Source: Eledone cirrhosa (Eukaryota). Taken from it: DNA of 64,000 nt. This document shows positions 52,458-62,840 of this stretch, piece by piece. The translations under genes were made by a program, and so were the position numbers. Location: assembly GCA_964016885.1 (NCBI GenBank), contig OZ024745.1, positions 44,454,001-44,518,000 on the forward strand, given 5' to 3'. Under the pieces are notes generated by a model. It saw only the letters and a list, made by a program, of their open reading frames with translations. It had not been told where the DNA came from and did not search any database. The number at the start of each line of letters is the position of its first letter. Position 1 is the first letter of the stretch.

Positions 52458-54356
52458 GGGATCTCCTTGTTAAGTCTCCCCGGTAAACTCTATGCTTAGT
52501 GTCTGGTAAAGAGATGCAGAGAGATTGTCGAGTTCAAGCTAGCTGATGAGCAGTGTGGTTTTTGTCCCGGACGCAGCATAGCCAACCAAATATTTACACT
52601 GCGGCAGGTCTTTGAGAAATCATGGGAATATTGCCAAGAGGTATATTCTTGTTTTGTAGACCTTGAAAAGTCATATGACCATGTTCCTCAGGATTTACTG
52701 TGGAAGGTTCTGCAGGAGTATGGGACCGATGGTTAGCTTCTTGTTGCCCTGATGTCTCTATAAGAATGCCTGAGTATTTGTGTTCGAATAAATGGTGCTA
52801 AATCAAAACTATTCAATGTGTGAGTCAGACTCCACCAAGGGTGTATACCTCTCCTGTTCCTTATTTTCATGAACAGGATTGACCTGCCAGTTGGGTTGGA
52901 AGTGGTATCCCGATTGACAGATGTAAACTCAGTCGACTGGAGTTTTCAGACAATATGGTGTTATTTAACTTGACAGAAGGGGATCTCCGACTTGCACTAG
53001 ATAGGTTTAATATTGAGTGTTGCATGGCTGGAATGAAAATCAGTGCTGTAAAAACTGAGACACTTATCCTCTCAAGGAAGCCTGTACAGTGACTCTACAT
53101 GTGAATGGAGTTCCACTGAAGCAGGTGGAGAAGTTCAAGTATTTCCAGGCTATGTTCACGAGTGGTGGAAAGCGGGAGACTGAATTATGTGCAAGAATTG
53201 CAGGAGCTGGTGTAGTAATGTGCCAGCTTCAGCATTCGGTCATCAGAAAGGAGGAAGGTGTAAAAGCCAAACTTGCTATCTTCAATTCGGTATTCATGCC
53301 AACCATTACATCAATCTTCGGTAATGTCTGAAAGAATATGATCATGAATACAAGGGGCCGAAATGGGGTTCCAACAAAGAGTCTTTGGAGTAACATTACT
53401 TGATAGTGTGCATAGTTCAGAGATCAGAGAGTAATATTACTTGATAGTGTGCATAGCTCAGAGATCAGAGAGTAATATTACTTGATAGTGTGCATAGCTC
53501 AGAGATCAGAGAGTAATATTACTTGATAGTGTGCATAGCTCAGAGATCAGAGAGTAATATTACTTGATAGTGTGCATAGCTCAGAGATCAGAGAGTAATA
53601 TTACTTGATAGTGTGCATAGCTCAGAGATCAGAGAGTAATATTACTTGATAGTGTGCATAGCTCAGAGATCAGAGAGTAATATTACTTGATAGTGTGCAT
53701 AGCTCAGAGATCAGAGAGTAATATTACTTGATAGTGTGCATAGCTCAGAGATCAGAGAGTAATATTACTTGATAGTGTGCATAGCTCAGAGATCAGAGAG
53801 TAATATTACTTGATAGTGTGCATAGCTCAGAGATCAGAGAGTAATATTACTTGATAGTGTGCATAGCTCAGAGATCAGAGAGTAATATTACTTGATAGTG
53901 TGCATAGCTCAGAGATCAGAGAGTAATATTACTTGATAGTGTGCATAGCTCAGAGATCAGAGAGTAATATTACTTGATAGTGTGCATAGCTCAGAGATCA
54001 GAGAGTAATATTACTTGATAGTGTGCATAGCTCAGAGATCAGAGAGTAATATTACTTGATAGTGTGCATAGCTCAGAGATCAGAGAGTAATATTACTTGA
54101 TAGTGTGCATAGCTCAGAGATCAGAGAGTCACTCCAGGTAGAGCCGCTACTTCTCCAAATTGAGAGACCACGGCTCCAATACTATGTTGTTAGAATGTCT
54201 CAGGAAAGAATTGCTTGACAGATTTTACAGACAAAAGCAACAGGTAAGAGACCCAAGGGCAGACACTGAGCAACATGGATAACATCCATGAACTTGACTG
54301 GTCATGCTTGGGTGCCCAGCCAGATCAGTTGGAGACGGAAGGAGTGTTTGAAGACT
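52458..54356 (+). mobile_element. Decayed RTE LINE 3' half (duplicated copy 1)
   Basis: EQCGF, FVDLEKSYD, HQG and QVEKFKYF. Interrupted by the 41-bp array. Confidence 0.85.
53390..54127. repeat. 41-bp minisatellite, 18 copies (gtaatattacttgatagtgtgcatagctcagagatcagaga)
   Basis: Direct read. Single copy in the paralog at ~59235-59275. Confidence 0.97.
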
Positions 54357-54451
54357 TTGTCAAATCTTTAAATGTTTGTTGAAATGGTATAGTAAAAACC
54401 ACATACACATACTCGTGTACGCACACACACATGGTACAATATTTTACTTGC

Positions 54452-54574
54452 TTTCAGTACATTGGTTTCCTTCCATCTCATAGTCCTCTTTACAAGTACA
54501 TATTTTCTCATCACAAAAAGCATTATCATCTCTACAAATGTCATCACCAGAGCATTCTCTACCAAGAAGCTTCT
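54452..54574 (-). CDS. RPTP Cys-rich module B, copy 2: KLLGRECSGDDICRDDNAFCDEKICTCKEDYEMEGNQCTE
   Basis: Paralog of 49887-50009, with the same GC donor. Confidence 0.82.
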
Positions 54575-55682
54575 CTGAAAAAGATAAATGTGAAATATAT
54601 TGGTTAGTTGACATCATTGTCATCATTTTATGACTACTATTTATGCTGACATGATTTGGACAGGTAGTCATAATTTGAGACAAGATGGTTCAGATATCAT
54701 GCTTTTCTCATATGTTAATATTTTCGTTTGATTTCTATGGGTGGATACCCTTCTTAATGACAACCACTTTACAGAGTGTACTGGGTCAATTTTCTCATAA
54801 CACCAGCACTACCAATTTACAGAGTATACTGGAAAGATTTTCTCATAGCACCAGCACTACCACTTTAGTGTGTAGTGGGTGTATTTTATTATGGCACCAT
54901 GACTGGCACTATACAGAGTGTATTTGGTGAACTTTATCATGGCCCAGCACTAGAGAGATAGACATGTACTCAGCAAGCCTGAAGAGTTTTCTCTACCCTG
55001 TGTTATCTCTGATTGCAAACAACTTTTAAAATGTACTGGATGCATTTTATTTTGGCACCAATACTAAAGAGTTTGTCAGATCTTTAAATGTTTGTTGAAA
55101 TTGAATAGTAAATGTCATAACATTAGCTTTCCTTATTTAAAGTAAGCAACTGATCATTATATCAACTTGATTATATAAGTCAAAATAAAAAGAATCAGTA
55201 TTTTGTGAAAACAACTAGAAGTAATCTATATAGCCTTTCAAGTTGTTGTGCACAAAGAATGCAACAGGAATTCTTGCAAATTGATAGGTAAACTGAGCAA
55301 AGTACATAAAAGATACTGATATAAATATCTACATAAGCAGTGATTAGATGAACACCTGGCATCATCACGCCTCTTAAATCTCACTCATTATCAATATCAC
55401 CATCATCATTATCATTATCATGATCATAATCATTTTAATGCATATTTTACAATGCTAACTTTAGTTGATCAGGTCAACAAAGCAAATCACTTTTTGTGGT
55501 TTGATCCTGTGACATCTCATTAACTTTCTCATGACAGACATAACAACTTTTTAAATCTTTCCTTAATTTGTAATGAGGGCAACTATATGTAGAACTGTGT
55601 GTGCCTTTAACTACTTCCTTTTCTTAGCAATGATCAAAGATTAATGTTGTTTTTGAATAGCTAGTTGGCTGTGGAATACATC

Positions 55683-57102
55683 TTAACCCTTTAGCATTCA
55701 TATTACTCTATATCTATATATTAATTTCAACAACGTCAGTATTCCGTGTGTCATAATTCTCGATTATCATTGGTTCATAGGTTTCAAACGACTCCGCCCA
55801 CCTCAACGACGCCAAACTTAAATTAATACGCATAATGCCAATGAGGGAGTGAGAGGGGAGAGTAAGAAACAGAGAGGCAAAGTGAACGCTGTAACTATTA
55901 CCATGTGTGCATGTGTATGTACGTGCGCATATGTTTATGTGTGTGTGCATGTGTGCAGCATTCCACAGAAAGTAAAAACTATCAACATGTGTGAGTGTGT
56001 AAGTGTGTGTAAGTGCGCGGGTGCATGTGTAAGTTTGTGTGCGTGTGCGCATTTCCATGCGTGTATGTGTGTGTACATGTGGCGTTCCACAATCGCCATG
56101 CAGTTTATCTGTCTGTGTGCCTGTCTGTCAGTCTAACATACACAGAGTTGTGAAGGGAGTAAATAGGGATCTTTTTTTTACATTGACGGACATCTTTTAT
56201 ATTTATTAGTGTGTCATTTTTGGACAATTGCTCGAAATGAATACTGATAATAAAAGCAATTCGACTTTATCAAACAGTGAACTACAGCGGCGACAGCGTG
56301 CAGCCAGGAATGGATAAAAAAGGGCCAAACAGCACCATCGGAATGCCGAACTTCAGAGGCGAAGACATGCCGCCATGAATGAAGAGGAGCTGGCTGAACA
56401 ACGCCAACGAAACACTGGAACCAAGCAGTGACGGCGTGCTGCGATGGTTGAAGACAAACTGGCCAAGCATCATCTTTTATATTAATTATCTATATCTATA
56501 TTTGTCCCCTTCTTTTGTGCCCCTGTGGCTAATAAAGAAATATATCTATATCTATATTTACATATAATATAAAAGATTGGAACTTCCATCATCCTTTTGA
56601 GAAACGTGGAACAACCACGTCTATGCAATGATACACGATTTACAGTCAGGCAGAAGATGAACCATCTCCTAGAGGTCACTATTCTAGGTGGGAGCACCTA
56701 GCATTGTTCATATACTATGCACAAATGGTACAACGAAGTATCTGGTATATCTGGAAGATTTTTTTTACTGTTCTTTGAATCACACAGACACCACGGACTT
56801 GCCTCATACTGTAACCAGACAAACATCCAATACAGTCATTTTCTCTTTTACCTGTCTTCTCTTATCATCTGTTTATCCGAGCGAAGCTGGGTACGTCAGC
56901 TAGTTTACTATTACATTTTCAAAGTAAACACTTTACCCCACATAATTATCTTACATAATATCTAATCAATGAGATTTTGATATTATTTATTTTGAGAATG
57001 ATACCTTAACATCAGTGTGAGCAGCTGGTTTTAATCAGTTTGAACAGAAAGAGGTGAGAGAATTCTGGCCAGATATGGCTGGTTTAAATGCTAAAGGGTT
57101 AA
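55683..57102. mobile_element. piggyBac-like MITE interrupted by a Helitron
   Basis: ttaaccctttagcatt ... aatgctaaagggttaa. The internal sequence matches 40037-40268 once 55713-56903 is removed. Confidence 0.8.
55713..56903 (+). mobile_element. Non-autonomous Helitron (~1.19 kb)
   Basis: 5' TC and 3' CTAG. Subterminal hairpin ccgagc-gaa-gctggg at 56877-56891. Inserted between A and T with no TSD. Empty site at 51147/51148. Confidence 0.88.
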
Positions 57103-57386
57103 ATATGTTCTCCCTTTTGGATTCAAGTTAAAACAATGAGTTGGTGGGAAGATAATTCAAAGTTAAAACTATACTCAAAATATAAAAAAATATAATTGTT
57201 TCTACTTTTGGCACAAGGCCAGCAATTACCCAGTGCATTACTGGTACTTTATTTTATCGACCCCGTAAGGATGAAAGGCAAAGTAAACCTTGGCGGGATT
57301 TGAACTCAGACCAATAATAATATATAATAATATATATATAATGAAAATTATTGTGTACGGTGTTCAGGTACACTACCTGTGCTTAC

Positions 57387-57515
57387 TTTCTACACATATG
57401 TTGTCTTTGATAAAATACTCATCTAAACAAATACATTTCTCCTCTTCTGATGGGCAGTATGCGTTTTTGTCGAGACAATCACCATAAATATGACATGGTT
57501 CATTTAAACCTGGCT
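57387..57515 (-). CDS. RPTP Cys-rich module A, copy 2: PGLNEPCHIYGDCLDKNAYCPSEEEKCICLDEYFIKDNICVE
   Basis: Paralog of 51322-51447. 129 nt, phase 1-1, canonical splice sites. Confidence 0.87.
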
Positions 57516-57797
57516 CTGAAAGAAATATTAGGAAAATCAAATTAAAGAAATTGAATAATATTTTGTATATTTAAGGAAGGATATTGTTACACTTAAGGAA
57601 TGATATTTTTATAATTGAAGAATGATATTTTGTATACTTGAAGAATGATATTTTGTATACTTGAAGAATGATATTTGTATAATTGAAGAATGATATTTGT
57701 ATACTTGAAGAATGATATTTGTATACTTGAAGAATGATATTTGTATACTTTAGGAATGATTTTTTTACAATTGAAGAATGATATTTTTACACTAAAA

Positions 57798-59550
57798 GGA
57801 TCTCCTTGTTAAGTCTCCCCAGTAAACTCTATGCTTAGTGTCTGGTAAAGAGATGCAGAAAAATTGTCGAGTTCAAGCTAGCTGATGAGCAGTGTGGTTT
57901 TTGCCCTAGACACAGCATAGCCAACCAAATATTTACACTGCGGCAGGTCTTTGAGAAATCGTGGGAATATTGCCAAGAGGTATATTCTTGTTTTGTAGAC
58001 CTTGAAAAGTCATATGACCATGTTCCTCAGTATTTACTGTGGAAGGTTCTGCACGAGTATGGGATTGCTGGTTAGCTTCTTGTTGCCCTGATGTCTCTAT
58101 ACGAATGCCTGAGTATTTGTGTTCGGATAAATGGTGCTAAATCAAAACCATTTGTAGCAAGCTACCTTTCCTGTGGCACAGGGATACATTCTCCGTACAT
58201 TGTTTGGTTCAGTTCAGCCAATCGCTAACAGCGTAGGGAAATGTATCTCGACTTCCACTCAGAGGGAAAAATTCCCGCTTCTTTCAAAAGACTCTCTCTC
58301 TCTTTGCATTGAGACTCCATCAAGGTAACACCTCTTGATTTTGCTCAACAAACTTTCCAAAATGTAGCAACCGGAATTCTCCGCGGCTTGGCTTCTTACT
58401 TCAGCCACCTGACCATGTCTAAATTTACAGCATCTTAATCTGTTTTATTTCATTTCTTATGACATGTCCTCACAGCTAACTCAACTTCTCATCTTTGTAA
58501 ATAAATTATATATATCAAAAAACGTTGTAATGCCTTATGATGATATTTGCCACAACATTCCCTTGGTCTGCTTCTTCAGTGACTTCTCTGTGATACAATA
58601 CACAAACAAATACGTACATTATCAACACACATATATACATATCTATATATCATCTAACTAACATCCAAAAATACTTATTTCTAAACATTCAATGTGGGAG
58701 TCTGACTCCACCAAGGGTGTATACCTCTCCTGTTCCTTATTTTCATGAACAGGATTGACCTGCTAGCTGGGTTGGAAGTGGTATCCCGACTGACAGATGT
58801 AAACTCAATCGACTAGAGTTTTCAGACAATATGGTGTTATTTAACTTGACAGAAGTATTGAGTGTTGCATGGCTGGAATGAAAATCAGTGCTGTAAAAAC
58901 TGAAACACTTATCCTCTCAAGGAAGCCTGTACAGTGACTCTACATGTGAATGGAGTTCCACTGAAGCAGGTGGAGAAGTTCAAGTATTTCCAGGCTATGT
59001 TCACGAGTGGTGGAAAGCGGGTGGCTGAATTAAATGCAAGAATTGCAGGAGCTGGTGCAGTAATGTGTCAGCTTCAGCATGCGGTCATCAGAAAGGAGGA
59101 AGGTGTAAAAGCCAAACTTGCTATCTTCAATTCGGTATTCATGCCAACCATTACATATAGGAATCAATCTTGGGTAATGACTGAAAGAATACGATCAAGC
59201 GGCCGAAATGGGGTTCCAACAAAGAGTCTTTGGAGTAACATTACTTGATAGTGTGCATAGCTCAGAGATCAGAGTCACTCCAGGTAGAGCCGCTACTTCT
59301 CCAAATTGAGAGACCACAGCTCCGATACTATGTTGTTAGAATGTCTCAGTAAAGAATTGCTTGACAGATTTTACAGACAAAACCAACAGGTAAGAGACCT
59401 AAGGGTAGACACCAAGCAAGATCGGTGGATAACATCCATGAACTTGGCTGGTCATGCTTGGGTACCCAGCCAGATCAGTTGGAGACGGAAGGAGTGTTTG
59501 AAGACTCTACCTCCACAACACCCCAGGAATAAGTAGGCCAAGAAGAAGAC
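57798..59550 (+). mobile_element. Decayed RTE LINE 3' half (duplicated copy 2), interrupted by a solo LTR
   Basis: Paralog of 52458-54356. Confidence 0.85.
58153..58685. mobile_element. Probable solo LTR (533 bp)
   Basis: Absent from the paralog (~52810). Begins TGTAG and ends CTAAA (CTACA-like). 4-bp TSD catt at 58149-58152 and 58686-58689. Internal aataaa. Confidence 0.65.
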
Positions 59551-59687
59551 ATCTCTAGCGTAGGTGATTTACATGATAAATACACCCAGTATACTCTGTG
59601 TAATGGTTGGTATTATGAAGGGCACTCAGCCATAGAAAACCTGCCAAATGGTCTAGAGAACTTTTTTGGTGTTGGTGGTGGTGGTGA

Positions 59688-59740
<53 letters not shown>

Positions 59741-59940
59741 TGATGGTCATGGTGATGATTGTGATGATGATGATGGTGATGATGATCACTCATATTATAA
59801 AAATGAAAAGTGAGAGAAAAAAAAAGCAACTATATTATAAAAACATCCACTGTTATATTCCCCACCCATCTGCCCATGTTATATTGCATAAAATGTCAAG
59901 AAAATAGAAAAGATAAAAAGACAAATGAATATGGCCATAC

Positions 59941-60202
59941 TCTGAGTTGTGGGTATCTCTGAAGTAGGTGTTTCAGTTTCATCTGTACTTGATATATCAA
60001 GTCTGCTGCCTGAAGAAGTTCCTTCAGATGTGTCCACTGGTGAGGTTTGTTCATCAAACACTGTCACATTCTCAGAAGTGTTAACTGATGTTGTTACTTT
60101 ACTGAATAATGTTGTATATTCTGTCTCATTTTCAGGTGTTTTCAGTGTAGTTAAAATATCTAATGATGGCGAGGTACTGTTTTGATTTTCTGGCTGACCA
60201 TG
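59941..60202 (-). CDS. RPTP Ser/Thr-rich (mucin-like) ectodomain exon: HGQPENQNSTSPSLDILTT...ETETPTSEIPTTQ
   Basis: ttttctttag acceptor, a|gtatgg donor. 262 nt open, with N-x-S/T sequons (NST, NET, NTS, NVT). Ends in phase 1, matching module A. Confidence 0.75.
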
Positions 60203-60456
60203 CTAAAGAAAAATGAATGGAAATTAATAGAAGAAAACTAATTCTTTATACGATTCTATTTCAAACTATCATCAAGAAGTTGTCTAAATCTTAATCAATT
60301 GTTAGAGCATTGGACAAAATGCTTTGTGTCATTTAGTTATGGACTTTTACTTGGTGGATAAGCAGAATCGGTAGAGGGTCTGACGCCATGCTCTGCAGCA
60401 AAGAGTTACGGCCCTTTATGATCTGAGTTAAAATCCTTTGCCTTTCATCCTTACGG

Positions 60457-62840
60457 GAATATCAAGCCGCTACCTGCAGCCTCAGATATTCAGGACATAT
60501 CGGAGGGTTCTTGCTGTTCCCAGCAAGCATGCATTTTGAAGTGTTCCAAAAAGCGGGGCTGGACTAACTTTCTTTAACCATCCTTGGAAACTCTTTGAGA
60601 TAGTACCTAGTGTGCCTATGACAATCGGGACGACTCTGACTTCATGGCAGTTCCAAATCCTTTTTACCTCCCACTTTAAGTCCTGGTATCGGTTAATTTT
60701 CTCCCTCTCCTTCTCTTGCACTCTCTTGTCAAATGGGCAGGCTACATCTACAATCAGGCACAATCTTTTTTCCTTGTTCAAAACCACCAGGTCAGGCCTA
60801 TTGTGTTCCAGTTTCTTGTCCGTCTGTATCCTAAAATCCCATAGCACCTTCACCTGATCATTTTCTATCACCGACTCTGGTTTATGCTCATACCACTTCT
60901 CAGAATGTGGTAAATTGTTTACTTTGCATAGGTGCCAGTGGATCACCCTGCCCATCACATCATGTCTCCAGCCTTTATAGTGAGTCTGGACTAGGTGGTT
61001 ACACTTGGATACAATGTGAGCCACAGTCTCCTCTCTCTCTCCACAGATCCTACACAGTGAGCTAGCCTCCTCCTTGTAAATATGGTGTTTCACTCACTTC
61101 GTTTTGAGTGCCTGCTCTTGCGCAGCCATTAGCATTCCTTCTGTAGCCTTTTTAAGGTCTCCTCTTTTTAACCAGTTCCATGTCTGTGGATCTCTAAATT
61201 CAGTTTTCTCAAAGAAGGTACTATGAAGGGATTTCTCATGAAGGTTGCTCTTCCTCCTTGTTGTTATTTCTTCCTTGGACATCCCCTGGTCTATTGTCCT
61301 GTCCTTCAGTACAGTTCTGAGCATTGGCTCCTTACTATCAGTCACGTATTTGTGCAGGTTGTTTTTCTCCATCTGAACATAGTCCTCTATGTGATAAGAC
61401 CTCTTCCACCTTCATATCTCTTTAAGTAGAGTCTATTGACATCACTCCTCTTGTGGAACATGTTGTAGATAGTCAATAGCTTCCTAGTCTTCCTATCCAT
61501 TTCTTTTTGTTCAGCAACATTCCATTTCAGAATTCCCGCACTGTACCTAATAATAGACACAGCTCGGGAATTCACTGCAATTATGACATTCCTACTATTT
61601 AGATGTGATTTTAATACGCTCCTTACTCTCCTAATGTACTCAGATCTTATCAATTCCTTCATTTTTTTGTTCTTGATGTCATCTGCCTCCAGAACACCTA
61701 AATATTTGTATCCTTCTTCAGTGTCAATTTCCTTTATCATCTCACCTGTTGGTACCTGGATTCCGTTGCTTCTGCTCAATTTACCCCTCTTCATCACCAG
61801 GACTCCACACTTGTTAATACCAAATTGCATACATATATCATTGCTGAAAATACGAACAGTGTCAACAAGCACATCCAACTCCTTGTCACTCTTCCCAAAG
61901 AGTTTAAGATCGTCCATGAAGAGGAGGTGGTTGATGGTAAGCTCTTCTTTTCCCAACTTGTATCCTGCTCTCACTTTTCGCAGTGTAATGGTCAGGGATA
62001 TCAGGGCAAGGACAAACAACAGAGGGGACAGACTATCTCCCTGGAAGATACCTCTCTTGATCTTCACGCCTCCCAAGGATTCTCCACCCGATGTTAATTC
62101 TGTTTCCCAGGACTTCATACTTTTGCTCAACAACTGTCTAATGTTATCTGCCACCCTGAAGATCTCTAGGCTTTTGGTTATCCAAGAATGAGGTACCATG
62201 TCAAATGCTTTTTTGTAGTCTATCCATCCCATGGCGAGACCAGTGTGTCTCCTCTTGCAATTCCTCATTACCATCTTATCAATAAGTAGCTGGTCTTTTG
62301 TACCACGGGACTTCTTTCGGCATCCTTTCTGTTTGTCCGGTAACAAGTTGTTTGTGTGGAGGTGATGGTAGATTTCCTCAGACACAATGCTTGTTAACAG
62401 TTTCCACATTACAGATAGACATGTGATAGGTCTATAGTTGGTAACATCATTACCCTTGATTCGGTCTTTCATTACCAGGACTGTGGTACCTTTTGTCAAC
62501 CACTCTGGTACCTCACTCGACATCAAGCAATCATTGAACATGGTTGCTAGTTTCGGGTGGAGGGATGTTATATTTTTAATCCAATACCCCTGCACACCAT
62601 CTGGGCCTGGTGATTTCCAGTTGGTTAGTTTTTTGGCCTGCCCTTTAAGAGTTTCAACTGTGATACTTAAATCAGTTTGTTGGTGTGCTTGTTCACTAAT
62701 CTCCTTTTGTACTGTCTCAATCCACACTGCCTGATCATTATGTTCAACATCCTGCTCCCATATTCCTCTCCAGAATGTCTTAGTCTGTTCTGCCTCAGGG
62801 ATCAAGTCGTTGCCTCTTTCTTTCCCTTCAAGCTGCCCAA
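60457..62840 (-). mobile_element. R4/Dong-like (REL endonuclease) non-LTR retrotransposon, 5'-truncated
   Basis: WKSPGPDG, NYRPITCL, IDYKKAFD, GIFQGDSLSP, LFMDD and EGGRGL. CCHC CRIC..ETVAHIVSKC, RHD, and PD..D..K REL motif. A few in-frame stops. Confidence 0.92.

Larger units (their letters stand above)
20383..60202 (-). other. Gene span: receptor-type protein tyrosine phosphatase with a single PTP domain (R3/PTP10D-like catalytic domain) and a Cys-rich ectodomain; 5' end not found
   Basis: The 15 exons listed separately join in one open frame (2325 nt, ~774 aa) with compatible intron phases. Confidence 0.88.

Noticed and set aside
48067-54127. Regular repeat arrays as CRISPR, or as coding repeats (ORFs 48133-49680 and 51503-52296)
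   Set aside because: The units are contiguous with no unique spacers, there are no cas genes, and the context is a eukaryotic intron. The ORFs are by-products of stop-poor repeat units.
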